From the NCBI RefSeq assembly GCF_964188315.1, contig NC_135668.1, positions 23,808,001 through 23,872,000 of the forward strand: a stretch of 64,000 bases of DNA, read 5' to 3'. Below, one piece after another: positions 23,230 to 37,230 of the stretch. The first letter of the stretch is position 1; each line of letters starts with the position of its first letter. Below the pieces are notes generated by a model that saw only the letters and a list, made by a program, of their open reading frames with translations, did not search any database and had not been told where the DNA came from. The DNA comes from Podarcis muralis (Eukaryota). The position numbers were made by a program, and so were the translations under genes.

Positions 23230-26200
23230 ATATAAACAGTTAAAGGCATTAAATGAATAAAATATTTCTTGGTGGAGGACATAGTAAACCTGCTTGTTTT
23301 GGAGTAGAGGATGCGGCTTTGAAAGGGCTCTTAGAAGGCTCTTTGCTGTGTGGAACGGCATATCCCACCCTCATCCTCTCTCTGGCTACGTGTGACTTTG
23401 ACTCCACCTCGGAATGGCTCTTGCGTGTCCTCTTTTGTCTTAGAGCACGCCACTGGGTGGGAGAGATTAAAGGGTGGAGCACGGCATCTTTTGTGCTTAC
23501 CTCTGCTCCCAGCCAGCGGAAGAGAGAGCGAGGGGGGTTGTTTACTACTTTCTACTCTGAATAACATGCCAATCATCTGGATCCGCCCTCCGTGCCATCC
23601 AATTGGTTCCTTCGGAAATTCCACCTTTTATGGCTGGGCTCTGCAAAGCTGGCTGACTTGTCGGCATTTTTCTTTTTTTGGGGGGGGGGGGCAAATGATC
23701 CAACTGGGCATCGCGCAGAGCAATGCTGCTGCAATAGAACCGAGGAGACTTGCTTCTAGCTGGGATGTAGTAAAATAATTGCTTCCTGTAAACAGGAGAG
23801 TGTCTGTGCATGCAACAGAGCAAGGGGGCGGGGGGAGGTGATTCCAGGGAAGGAATATGCAATCTTGGCTTTAAATTGGTAGAGGCAACCCCTGCCTTGC
23901 ATTTTTTTATTTTTAAAGAGGGAAAGACCATGAAGCAATTTCCAGAGCTCAGTCCTCCTTTATATCTCTCCTAATTTTATCGTGCTCATTTCTAAATGCA
24001 GGGTTTTCTTACTGATATGTAAGCTGCTACTGTAGGAGAAACGGCATGCTGAACTCAAAGGTGGTTTGTTTCGGCTGGGGGAGGAAAGGCTTTTGTCCCA
24101 CTTCCTTTGCATCTTCCTATCTGTTCATCTCCCACTTTTATGCTCTTGAGAAAAGGCTTAGACGCCTCGTCTGTTTATTAATAATGGCACTGAAAGGAGC
24201 ATGGCGGCGGAACACGCGCATGGAACCATTTTGGGATGCAGGCAGCCAGGGGGAAACAAAGCACTGGGCGACTCACATTCACTCCACCCCCACCCACCCC
24301 AATCCAGTATTAGGTTTCCCTGCCTTCCACAACAGTTTCGAATTAGCGGTTGGGTGTAGGAAAAGTAGGGTTGTATTGTGTGAAGATCAATGTTGTGGTG
24401 TGAGTGGGGGGTGGGGGGCAGGAGGGGGGGAAAGCTTTTTGCTATGACCTGAATTAGGTTTCCTATTTCCACACAGTACAATGTGCCTGTATTCAGTATG
24501 ACAGAGGAGTAGTGGACATGAATTATTTGTGACAGGGTTGCTTGGAACATGTGGAGTGGAGTCCTCCTGCAAAATGCAACAGCTTCAATATTAACATGGA
24601 TAGCTTGGGTAGTGAATGCGTACACATGTCCCCTTTTCCTGGCCAGAAGTGCGTTGGAAAGGTGGTGCTTCAGGTTAGGTGCTTGAAGCATTTTGATTTT
24701 GCTTTATCTTGTCAGCCAGAATTGTTGCTTTTTCATCTCTCAGAGTATTAAATGTGGGAGTCATGCTAAGAGAAGCTCTAGAAACTCTTTGCACGGGAAT
24801 TTGCCCTTTTTATTATTATAATAGAAGCCGGCAGATTTGATTCAGTCTGTTGTGAGGGATCAATGAAACATCAACAGAAAGGGCTCCATGAGGTTTTATT
24901 TTACAAATTCCCCTTATTGTACAACGTTAGTCTTAAACAGCACAGTACTTGCATCACAAAGGGCACATGCAGCCCCATTGGTCCAATAGAACAGAATCCA
25001 TAGGTCACAGTTTGGCAATATCTTGATTTGAACCAGCTCAAAATGTCACAAAATAATGAGAAAACTTCCGGATTGTTCAGAATTCTTCATCGGAGTGGCG
25101 GGAAGCAGGAGAGACAAAAGGTGGGGAGTGGTGCATCCAACATGATGACAGCAGGAGGTTATGGTTTTGAGGCAATGAGATAGGTTCTCGGGGGTGGGGG
25201 ATAGAAAAGGGAAATTTTCCTATGCAAAATAGGATAATTTGTATTGGGGGCTGTTCAGTTTGCTTCAGAAAAACTTAGGGTGCCCCCAAGAGTGATCTAA
25301 TTGCAGCTTGTTTGCTTTACTTACGTTTAGTAAACACAGTAGAAAACATTGAAACTGCCCAGCTCACCTGATACTGTATTTGCAATTGGTGCCACACCCC
25401 ATAGTCACCATTGCCTGGACTTAATTGTCCAGGCGTCCTTTACCTTTTTTACCTATTTGTAATTGGCACCCATTCCTTCTAACTAACATATTTATAACTG
25501 GAAATCTGCTCATTTTGGAAGATTTTCTGCTTCGCTTGAATCGGTTTGGGACATCCCAAGTTCATGGTCCATCCTTGCCCTGAAACTTGTTTGGCTTTTT
25601 GCAAACCGCAAAATCTTAGCCTCAGTTCCTTGTCTCTTGCAAGGTGGTTGTGAGCATTATTCAGTATCTGTGGTTTTGTCCTCCAATGCGCGTTTATCAC
25701 ATCAGTCAGTTCCCCACCCCCCTTGTGTACAGCATCAAAACACTGAATTTTTACAGTAGTCTGCAAAGAATATGTTAAAGTGTCCTAAAGCATGTCTGAA
25801 TGGTGTCTGATTTTTCCAAATTGAAGTGCAGGACAGAACACTGTTTCTCTGGAACACTGTCATTCTGTCGGAATTGAACTGAGCAGGTTTGGTTCTGATT
25901 CATGTGGTCAAACTTCTGGATGCAAAGTAGTAAGTGGCACAACCGATGGTGTATTAAATAAGAAGGGAAATGGTTAGTACTGGTTGATCCAGTGTACATA
26001 AAATAATGTTAATGGTTTAAAGAACACCATCTCCTTTTTTAAGTTTAATGCCTAGATGTAGTAGAAGCATGGAAGATTTGTAAGTATTACTAGGATGGAA
26101 ATTTAGTATTTTGTCCACTACTTGGTAGATCTTGCTTTGAAAATCACTACAGCCTCCCCAGGAGTAGAGTGAAGCATTGCCACTGATTTCTTGTGTATGT

Positions 26201-26389
26201 TTGTAAAAACATGATGTTTGAGTGGAGGGGACAGATAAAAGGAGATACTTTGTTCCTAGGCTTCAGCATGAAAAATCTTGGTTCAGTACCTAAGTCTCAG
26301 GTGTGAATGTTGGCCATGACTCATGGTTGAATAGATTTGGCAGTGGCAAACTTGGGTTTACCCTGGTATAATATATGAAATGGCCAGAC

Positions 26390-26391
<2 letters not shown>

Positions 26392-26441
<50 letters not shown>
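26392..26441. repeat. (GT)n microsatellite
   Basis: Direct reading. Confidence 0.95.
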
Positions 26442-26442
<1 letters not shown>

Positions 26443-28206
26443 TGCCTGCTTTTACGTGGATATATTTATAAGGGATTGTAAAAGACATGATCAGTCATTC
26501 GTACATTAATGGTGCAGGAGTGAGGATCCTATATCTTCTCACCCAACCCGTTAGAGTTGGTGATTTGAGAGCCTGGGCTGTGTGTGTTTTTCAGCAAGCC
26601 ACTCTTCTTGGTCTTTTCCCCATATGAAATGTAGGGATGTTGCTGGTCTGGCCTACCTTACAGGTCCATTGCAGGCGTTACTGAGAATCTGCAGCTCTCT
26701 GAGTGCAGTGATAATAATAAATAATAATGCTCTGTAATAATAAACAGGGTGAATTAATTTGCTTGGGTCAGCACATTGCCAAGATATAAAAATCACAAGA
26801 CAATTAAAATAAAATGCAAAGCCACTCCCCCCCCCCCCAGCTTTTCAAAAGCCCTTGCTTATCTTCATTTAAGTTCTAGCTTCTCTTTCCTCTTTCCCTT
26901 CCCTCCCCACCCCACCCTACCCTACCCTTGCAGGGTTTGGCTTTGACCAGACGTAGGGATGTGCGTGGCAAAAGCAAGCTAATGGAACTTTTTGTTCCGT
27001 CTAGACGTTTTAGGAGCAATGTTGACAATAAACGAGGCAAAGAAAATCCGGCAGATTAAGTAAGAAGGCAAGTCTGATAACCACATGCAGCAATAGGAGG
27101 TGTGGGAGAGAGACTGTAGTATTTCTCTGTGTTCCAGGCTGCTTTAATGGGCCTGCCTCTGTCTTCTGTTCCCTGTCATTGACGATTTTTATGAATATGA
27201 AACAAATGTTGGCTGGAAAACAACCTTTCTGGAATCTGTAGTACAATATGTGTTGAATGGATTATGGAGGCATCTTTAAAAAAATCCAGAAGGATTTCCT
27301 TTCTATACACGATTTATCTCTGAGTGGCTGGGATTCTTTGGTGTTTGGTTTTTTAAATAAAAAAAAGTGATGAAAGAACATAGAGACTGAAAACCCTGCA
27401 TTTAACTTGGCATTTAATTATTTTTACTCATCCCAGTAAGGCTTCCAGGGCACACCAATTGAAGAAAAGCAGGCCATCACTTCAAATGAATAGTTAGAAA
27501 TTGTTTGTGTTTTCTCTATAGCATTGAAGAGATGGAAGGTACATCTCAAGAATAATTTTATATGATGACAAAATAATAATGCTGCTACCTTTACCTATAG
27601 CTTTCAGATGTTCAAGCGTTCCACATTCTTTATCTAGTTATTCAGGGGTAGACACTGGCCATGTGCACACATGTTTTTCTAGAATCAATTGGCATGAAGT
27701 ACTTGGTTATATATAAAATTTCTATGCTGCCCTTCATCCGAAGATTACATGGCAGTTTAGAGTTTGTAGTGTACACACAATGTAGATCTTCTACGTATAT
27801 TTTGCCCCTGAAAAACACATCTTGAGAAACTAGTTTGATTCCAAAAATGAAAGCACGTTGCAGATTAATTCTGCGTTGACCTGCAGTGTATCCAGTTGAA
27901 AACAATTGTAGCGGTTTCAGCAATAGTTTGTGTGTGTCTCCGTACCTTCCCAATGGCGTTGTGGGTGGGTGTATATCAGTATTGCAGTCGCCACATCCTT
28001 CGTCATTTATCTGGAGGAAAAGTTGTGGATCACCAAATCAAGGGGAGGATTTGCAAATGTATGTCAAGTGGCCAAATCCACCCTTGTAGATGGCAGTGTG
28101 TTCATGTAGAGTAGAGATTTGAACTGGGTACTTATCACCTACTGTGCTATGCTAGTTCTCACGTCTATAATGGAAATCTGTTTAATATTAAAGCATATTC
28201 TCTCCC

Positions 28207-28290
28207 CCCTCCCCACATAACCCATCAGCCATAGTAAACTTGGCTGGTGGTCAGGGATGATGGGAGTTGTAGTCCAACAACATTTGGATG
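28207..28290. mobile_element. Short palindromic hAT-like MITE fragment; further copies near 3537, 8308, 29558, 31410, 31695, 31918, 33349, 44690 and 57540
   Basis: cccatcagcc...gatgatgggagttgtagtccaacaacatttgga motif recurs in both orientations. Confidence 0.6.
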
Positions 28291-28628
28291 CCATCATGTT
28301 GACTACCTCTTCCTCATGGCAGAAGTTGTTCTCTCCCACCTCATGAGTCCTCCTGTCATAATCAGCAATAGGCAAAATTACTTCCTTTCTCCTTTTGCTA
28401 CCCTGCTACATGCAAACAGATTAAAGAACATTCCTTGACCCAGTTACTGTTGTATTTTTGAAAATAGGCACAGTGCATGTCAGTTGATGGATTTATGCAG
28501 TGGATTTGTATGTGAGTCTTGTGTGATAATGCACGGAAACAGCTATGGTATATCCTACTAACACATTTTTTGCAAACGCTTTTCTAAAAGATAATGCAAG
28601 CTTTAAATATAGTGCAAATATATTTATG

Positions 28629-28633
<5 letters not shown>

Positions 28634-28673
<40 letters not shown>

Positions 28674-28700
28674 TCTCCCTCCCTCCCTCCCTCCCCCCCC
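28634..28700. repeat. (CT)n/(CCCT)n polypyrimidine microsatellite
   Basis: Direct reading. Confidence 0.9.
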
Positions 28701-30059
28701 CCTTTTTGAAGTGTGTCTGAATCTAAGATTCAAAGTTTTGTTGAAATGGATAGACATGATGCACGTTTGTGGGAGAGTTGAGCTGTGCGTGAAAAGCTTC
28801 CAATTCTCTGAATTTCATTGTCCTTGGATTGCAGTGGAAGTTCCCTGCAATGCATCCTGGTTGATGTGTTGAGACAGCATCACTGCCCCGAGATTTCCTA
28901 CCCGCCTCCTTATAAGCAGGTCATTGCTGTTTGTGTTGGCAAAGCTGTAAAGCCTTGTGTAAGGCAGGAGGAGGCAGGAGGAGGAGGTGTTGGCAGCGTA
29001 TCATGTGACTCTGCTCCAGACTCATAAACAACCATGTCATGTGGCCTGTCCAGGGCTTCAGCGTAAAAGAATATGAAGGGACCTGCGTCTTTTATCTCTT
29101 CCCTTTCAGCCATTAGGATGATGCTTATATGTACATATTACGAGACTGATTGATTAGTAGATTAACCAGGTCTCTTCCCCCAACTTCTTCCAGTTATGGC
29201 TGTTTCTTTTCCTGGTGTGTTTTGTTGCAAAGACTCGCATGCTAGTGTTTTTTGGTCTTTAAATGCAAGTTTTAAATCACCAGCCCCAGTTTGTGCCTCT
29301 CTCCCCCAGCCCCTTTTGGTAAGTTGTCTGTCTAGATTCTAGAATATTGGGGAAGAAGGCATTCTTCATATTTCAAGGGTTTCTGGTTTTCTTTTCAATT
29401 CTTGCTCAAATAATGCAAGTCACAGTACTACTTGTAACACTACCTGTATGTTGTTATGTACAATCGGGGCGAACTTATTTGCATAAGCACAGTTAATAAT
29501 GCAAATGAAGAAAATTCAGTTTGGCTTCAAACAGTTTGTTATAGTTGAGTTTCTAAACAAAAGCAGATGCCCCATCAGTGAGCTACAGCCTTCTACGAAT
29601 ATTGAGAGGGGGCAAAGAGGTATGGGTGGATTTCACCAACCAAGTGCCTACAAATCCCTTGTCCACCAGCCCCCAGTCAGCATGGCCCAATGCCAAAGAT
29701 AATGGTTCAGCAAAATCTGGAAAGCCAAAGGTTCACAACTCCTGCTTTAGACTGTTTTGGATCAGTGGGCTGCCATTTAGAGCATTAAGTTTAAAGTTTC
29801 ATTATTTTTGAACATTTACAGTTTGAAAAGCTTTTTGCAGGAGGGTTTTTGTTTTTTTAAGTTCAACCCTCTTAACTCATCTATAAAAATGCTTTGCTTG
29901 AATTTGGTGGCTTATGTCCAGCTAAATGTTTTTTGAAGTGGGCCTATTAAAATTAACCAACCCACATTAAGTCACATTTATACTGTACATTTAAAGTGCT
30001 ATACTGTAACTACATTTTAAACAGTCAGGACTATCTCTCTTCCCCACCCCCACCCCCCG

Positions 30060-30325
30060 ATAATTCTGGGAGTAGTAGTTTGTTAAAGGTGCTGAAAATT
30101 GTGGGGAGGCCCCTATTCCCTTCAGAGGCTACAATTTCCAGAGTGGTTTAACAGGCAGTCCTCCTTCCCAGGAAATTCTAGGAATTGTAGCTTGGGAAGG
30201 GAACAGGAGTTTCCTAGCAACTATCAGCAACCTTATCAAACTACAGTTCCCATAATTCTGTGGGAGATGCCATGGTTGTTTAAAGCGGTATCATAGTGCT
30301 TTAAATGTATGGTGTGAATGTGGCC
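30060..30325. mobile_element. Fold-back Harbinger-like MITE
   Basis: Ends tttaaatgtatggtgtgaatgtggcc|taa. Internal inverted arms. Confidence 0.7.
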
Positions 30326-32026
30326 TAAGTCATCCATGAATTGCAGTAGGTCTCCCCTGTGGAGTATGACTAACATTTGATGCAACCCTATATCTCAGCC
30401 TACGTCCCCATCACTAATCATTACATTATACCCTGGCATATGTTTTTTGTGGGTTTTTTTAAACCCAGCAAGGGAACAGTCCATGTTTTTACATCTAATG
30501 AATTACCTCTTTTGGAGCCTCCAGCACAGTCTCGCTTGCATAACGGGTGCTGCTGCTGCTTGATTGCTACCCAGCCCTCACACATGGGTATCTGCAATAC
30601 TCATCTCTACTTGGGAACAGTTGCCTTAATCCAGGGATGAAAGAGAGGGTGGGATGGCTGTTTTTCAGCTCTTTCTTTTATAATGGGAGCTGAATTTACA
30701 AGCAAAATAGGACTGGTATGACTCTATTGCTAATTATCCCCGTAATGACTTCAGCCTATGGCTCTTTTTGTTTTGTTTCAGGGGTTCCTAATTGTTTGCA
30801 AAACATGTTCTGAGGTTGGCATCGCTTGCCAGAACTTGCTCTGGAAGCTTTCCTTTCTTTTCAAAACTTGCAGATGAGTTCACTTGAACTTGGGGGTTTT
30901 TTTTGGGAGGGGGTGCGGCTTAGTACAGAGCTGCATGTATGTGGGGCCGCCTGCATTTTGAAGAAGGAAGCATTCTAGGATTTTGGTAAGGGGACCAAGT
31001 GTGGACTTGGTCACCATCACAGCTTAATTGCAAATGAGGTGGTAAAACTGTTTCAGGAATGCATTGCTTGAGACTATAGGTGGAGGAATTTCACATTATT
31101 ATTTTTTAAAAAAGAAAAACAACACTTCTTTGCGTGAGAAGGAGGTACCGTTTATTGGTGACTAGAGCAGTTGTTTTGCATGCAGAACGTTCCAACCTCT
31201 TCAGTTAAAAGGCTTTCATGAAGCACTTAATGGGAAGCGTCTGCCTCTCCTACTCTCTCATTGCCTGAGACCCTGGAAAGTTGCTGCCAGTCAGTGTTGG
31301 CCTAGATCAGGAATGGGGAGGTGCCCTGGCCCGTCCCCTCACTGGCCCTGCTCCCTGCTCTACAGGAGTGCTTTTGCATGACTGGAAAATCCCCTTGAAC
31401 CCTGATTCTGTCTTATCCCAACTTGCGGTCCTCCAGATGTTGCTGATCTACAGCTCCCAACAGTGCCAGCAAACATGGCCAATGGCCTGTTAATGGTATT
31501 GTCATTTAGCAACATCTGGATGGCCAACGGGTTGCCCACACTTGCCCTTTGCTTGCCTGGGAGGGATGCCTGTGTGTGGAAACCTCTGCCTTTTGTGTGG
31601 TTGGAATATAGTCCTCTGTAGAAGTCATATGCATTGTTCCACCTTCTGCTACCCGTGGCCCTAGTCTGTGAGGCTGAAATGGGCCAGAAAGACAAATAAT
31701 TAGCCCCATGCAGCACGGAAGGCTGAGTTAGAAGCTGGAGGTGTTTGGAGTTGTAGTCCAAAGCACATTGAGGTTATCAGATTGGGGGAAGGCTGAATTA
31801 GAAGCTCCTGGTGGCCAAATGCATCTTCTTGGTTGCATTTCTTGCCTATTCCTAATGTTGTATTGAATAGAGTTGGGCAAAATGTTTTAGTACTTCTATC
31901 AGTATTATATGTTGATAAGCAGGGATTGAAAACTTTTGGCCCCTCCAGAAGTTGATGAACTACAACTCCCACCAGCCCTAGTCAGCATGGCCAATGGTTA
32001 TGAGTGTTGTAGTTCACATAAAAAAA

Positions 32027-32286
32027 TTTAAAGCGCTACGGTACCACTTTAAATGGTAATGGCTTTCCCCCATAGAATTCTGGGAGCTGTAGTTTTAAGA
32101 GTACTGTTGTTGGGGGACACAGAGCTATAATACTCAGAGAAGGAACTATAACTCTGTGAAGGGGAGTGAGGATCTCCCAATAGTTCTCAACAGCCTTAAC
32201 AAACTACAGTTCCAGAATTCTTTGGGGGGAATCCATAACTATTTAAAGCGACTTTATAGTACTTCAGATGTATAGTGAATGTGGCC
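32027..32286. mobile_element. Fold-back Harbinger-like MITE
   Basis: Arms tttaaagcgctacggtaccactttaaa...gaattctgggagctgtagttt and aaactacagttccagaattctttgg...atttaaagcg are inverted relative to each other. Confidence 0.7.
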
Positions 32287-34818
32287 CTGGAGGGTTAGAG
32301 ATTCCCTCATGACTTACAGCTTGACACAGTACAGAAGATTTAAAAATGTCTCCTACCCCAAATTGTACACTTTCAGCCCAAACCATTTTAAATTAACAGA
32401 ACTATACAGAGAAACAAAAAGTAGAAAAGGAATTATCTTTCAGACATTTTGATGTGGAGCTGTATATGAGGCATGTAATTTACACATAAACGGTCTCTGG
32501 TACCAGCTCTGAAATGTACTGCCAAAACCCACTTTGTGTGTTTGAGTTAGGAGACGCTGCCTCAGTTAGGCTTCTCTTTTGCAAAAAAACAAAAACAGCC
32601 CCGGGTTTGTTTCTCCCTGGGACACAAACCTGCCTTGTTAGGAAATCAGCAAAGTTTGGGAGCCCACAATACCTCGCATAGCTCTGCACACAGCAACAAA
32701 GTGTAAAAATGGGGCCCTCGGCACAAACAAGCAGTGGAGCGATAAATATAGAATACCGTCTCAATTCCACTTTCATTAGTCATGGCCGGACAGTTGAGAG
32801 TTTAATAAACTTATAAGGAATATTGAAACAGCTTTGCATTTAAAGCAACTCATCAAGTTTTTAAAGTGGGGCTTTTAAATTCATATGAGGATCTCCTTCC
32901 TTTTTTAGAGCATCGCCACGAGAAACGTGGATTAACGGAGATTATAAAATATAGATAAAATATATGTTCTGTACAAGAGCGTGCTTTCTTTGCTTTCTCT
33001 CACACACATATACACACTGTCCTTTTCCCTTCCCAATCTCTTCTGGTAAACACCAAATGATATGTCAGCCTTGTAGCAATGTTAAACGTTCCACCTGGTG
33101 GAATAATTTTTCTGTCGCACATTTCAAGTTGTTAACCTCGGCGGTCCTCAGAGGCCTTCAGTCTCCTTAGCTCAGTCCCATAAGGAAAGGGCCCAGTATC
33201 TTTTCCTTCGTCAGGGAGAAGTCTGCTGATAGCTAGGGGTCCGCTTTTGAGAATCATTTGCCACGTGGCCTGCTGCTGAAATGTTTTGGGTGGGCGACAG
33301 CATAGCTGTAGGCTCTAGCCATGTGGCTGACTGAGAGTTAGCATAGCTTGGGTGTGATGAACCTTTGGCCCTCTAGATGTTGCTGGACTACCACTCCCAT
33401 TAGTCCCAGCAAGTATGGCCAATGGCAAGGGATGATGGGAATTGCTATTTCACTTAAAGCTCACTTCCCACAAGACATCCGGAAGCAATGTACAATACAA
33501 AGACCTATATAAAACAGCTGAAAATATAAAAAACAACTTTCAAATATTCAAAATACAGAAACATTTGGAATGTCACCTCCTACCCCATCCAAGGATCTGT
33601 CACTTGCCCCAACAAAAGTTGAATTTTTGTAACTTGTTTTTTTTAAAAACACCCCAATAATACTGCATTTATGCAAGACTGTGACTTACTTGATCAGTAT
33701 GAGATTTCTTAACTCTGTAAGGAATTTGTCAGTGCAAATATCTATAGTGACTTTATTATTCCCTCCCCCCCCCCCAATATTTGAAGTGTTGCTTTAGGTT
33801 AGGTTCTTAACTTGATTATTTTAAGCTTTATAAAATAAAGCGTTGTGACATTCTGAAATACTTTGTCTCCAGGAACTTTGGGTTCCATTTAATGATAGTG
33901 TTATATTTTTGAATTACAGTAATGTTGCTGATGCAATGCTCCTCCAGGCTTGTGAACTGCTTGCTGATGTCCAGTTCTAAGACGTTCGATACTTCATTGT
34001 TCTTTTTTCAGATTTCATTTTAATATTAATATTTTTATTGTTCTTGTTAAATCCTCAGTAGGTTGGTATTTCAACCAGTCACCCCAGTCAACCAATTGAA
34101 AGCAAGGCAATTAACTGGCAAGTTTTGTAAAGCTTAATTCGATTAGGGTCTGTATGTATTAGTACAAGTCTCAAATGTAACTCCCCCAACCAGATGTTGT
34201 TAATTCTGGAAATGTAAGTGGTAGCAGGAGGGAGGAACTGCTATGTGGGAAGATCCTCAGAATATCTTGGAAGCCTCCGTTGGATAAGAGTGGCTCTGGT
34301 AGGATGTAAACAGGGAACATATGGTGGTTCCTGAAATGAATTTGGGTCAAATGTAATTCTTGGATGGTAGACAGCATGCCCTGAGTTTGCTGTTGGGACT
34401 CTCTCGGGTTCAGCAGAATCTTTCTATGCTCTTTGCAAGTGCAAGCAGTTGTGTGCAAACTCTGGAGTTTAAAGCAAGAGCAGATAATTGCTTGCAGTTC
34501 TTAGCACCCGTGACAGTGAGAATAAAAAGCTATAAATAAGGGCCTAGCAGGCGAGTACTCCTTCCCCACCCTGTTCTCCCCTGACCACCACCTTCTTCAA
34601 GAAATCTTCTAATTGTGGTTTAATTATCAGGAAGCAAAAGGAAGCCATTCAGTGTTCTCAGGTTTGGTGTTATGACACTTTCCTCCTGTGAGTTCCTCCT
34701 CACAGAAATGTCATGGCTTTTATCCCACCCACCCCCTCTCTTTCTTTATTAAGCTGTTCTGGTGAAGAAGAGGATTTACCCAGTGAGGCAGGAGGACGTC
34801 AGGGAGTATGCAAAGTTA

Positions 34819-35010
34819 GGCCACATTCAGAGCATTCATTTAAAGCCCTATGGTACCACTTCAAACCATCATGGCATCCCCAAAAGAATTTTGGGAAATG
34901 TAGTCTGTTAAGAGTACTGAGATTTAGTAGGAGACACGATTTCCCTCACAGAACTACGCTTCCCACAATTCCCTGTGAAGAGGGATTGATTGTTAAACCA
35001 CTCTGGGAAA
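34819..35010. mobile_element. Harbinger-like MITE, left half
   Basis: tta|GGCCACATTC...catttaaagccctatggtaccacttc start. Confidence 0.6.
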
Positions 35011-35547
35011 TGTAGCTCTCAGGGTGGTATGATAGTAACTTTGTATGTTTGATGTGTGACTGTTGTTTAGAACTAGAGGAGGATCTTGGAAAACTCCTCA
35101 AGAAAGCAATGGCTATTGCTTTGCTCCACGTTGGGACATGCTGCTACTTGCAACTGAATGAATATGTATAATTTCACAAGCTCGATTTGCATTTCAACTA
35201 GGTCCATGAATCATCAGAAATGGGTGTGGGCATGTGAGGGAGGGAAAGAAAGAGAGAGATGTCCCACTTTTCTTCCTACCCCTTCACTCTACACGCCCAC
35301 CCTGCATTCCTCTTTCTCTTAGCAAGCCAATGTAGGACAGAGTCATTGGGCTTGGTCCACAGAGACACTGGTTCAAAATCGGGCTAAGCCACAAATCAAT
35401 AGCCTTAGGGCAGAATTGTTTTATGGCATGCAGTCCAACCCTGTGTGCATTACCCCAAAATGCCTGCCATTTCCCCACTTGCTGTTCTGTCTTGCAGGGT
35501 GGTTATACACATTCCTAAGGTCGTGTACATCAAGCAATTAAGACGGG

Positions 35548-35615
35548 TCATAGAATCATAGAGTTGGAATAGACCACAAGGGCCATCGAGCCAACCCCCT
35601 GCCAAGCAGGAAACA
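35548..35615 (-). mobile_element. Young CR1 subfamily, about 68-bp 5'-truncated 3' end
   Basis: tcatagaatcatagagttggaatagaccacaagggccatcgag is the exact reverse complement of the tail at about 58870-58912. Confidence 0.85.
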
Positions 35616-37009
35616 GGTTGGGTCGCCAACCTTTTTGAGCTAATAGGAACATTTGGAATTTCCTCCTCCATCCCTACATTGGGAATTTTGAGACGGTGCT
35701 GTGGATGCCAGTCAAAATGGCTGTCCCTGGGGGGGCATGGCATAGCACAAAATGGCTGCCCTGAAGACGTGGCATAATCGATACCACATCTAAAAGAGCA
35801 GAAAAAGTAACAAGGCCACAAATGGTGTGGGAATTCCTGCCCCTCAGTCAGCTATCCCATGAATGGTGGGATGGGGAGGCTTTTTCCATCTGTCCTTTGT
35901 TCAGAAGAGGGTAGGCATCCAAACCTGGCATCCAGTTAAATGTGGACATATTTAAGGGTTGTGTGTGTTCAGTGTAGGAGAGGCCCATTCAGTACAAACA
36001 GGAACTGTGTAGGAAGAGCAGATAGCCTCTCATATATTGTGGATTTTTGAAGGGATATTTAACAGACCTTCGACTGGGCACTATAGTGGTACTATTGGGC
36101 ATCCTGGCACCCATAGGTGCCATGTTGATAACCTCTGACTTAAGACGTTTAAAATGCACTGAATGAATACAATAATATGTTCTGAAGGGCAATTTCTGTA
36201 GGATGATGTCAAGCAGGTAGTTAGAAAACACATTTTAAAAGCCTCTTCCAAGATTTAATACGAGTTACTATTTCCAAATTCCCCTGTTTGTGAGCGAAAT
36301 CAGGCATGTTCATATACACAGCTCATATACAAATGCATAGTCATATACAAATGCTAGTCACCTCCTGAATTCCCTTCTTGAGACAAAAGTTTTGCTGAAT
36401 TACTCAATTGGATGGGGATTTGTTTTAATTTGGGGGTTTGTGGGAAGGATAGGGCTTGGCGAGAGCAAAGGGAAGACTTGACTATCATTTTACAAGAAAG
36501 GGAAGAATATTTCTTTTAAAAACTAAAAAGAAAAAAGAAAAAAAACCACCACACTTGGCAACTCTGTGTCTGCCCGCGTGCGACTGGCGCCCTGCCAATC
36601 TTGGCGGAGGCTGTGGCCTTCGCTTGCCAGGCGTCTTACGCTGCTGGCTACGTTTCTTCATTCCCTCCAACTGACTGTTTATTCACCTGATTGTTCCGTT
36701 TCAGCCTTGGTGAAGTCATGGCGACCTTTTGAGGCATTCCAGAAAACTTGGTGTATTTGCTCTGTTATGCTTCAACAAATAATTTATGGAGAGGTCTTCC
36801 CACGACACAGTCGTAGTAGTATGGTCCCCCTAATACTGAAACTGCCCCCCTTTTTTATTTTAATGAATTTCCTTTTTTTAGGAAAATGAGAAATTGCTTC
36901 ATTTGTATGTTTGCCCTTCTCTCTCTCCTCAGAGTCTCAAGGCAGAGAGGACTCTCTTTATAAACAAAGCAAAACTATATACAACAATAAAAGAGGAAAA
37001 GCATCCCAT

Positions 37010-37230
37010 TTATTTATTTATTTATAATGTATTTATAGCCAAATATTGCTCAAGGCGCTGTACATGGACCTCTCTCCCCCCTCCCCCTCCATTTAATCTC
37101 CACAACAATCCTCTCAGGTAGGTTAGATGGAGAGGCCGTGACTAACCTTAGGTCACCCAGAGAGCTACATGGCCAGGTGAACCTTGGTCTCTTACATCCT
37201 AGTCCAAAAACGAACCAATACAATAAGTTA
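37010..37230 (-). mobile_element. Old Squam3/MIR-like SINE
   Basis: tttatttatttat tail, ctccacaacaatcctctcaggtaggttag...ggtcacccagagagct core. Confidence 0.6.

Noticed and set aside
24158-24691. 177-aa antisense ORF
   Set aside because: No recognisable homology or splice context; treated as chance.
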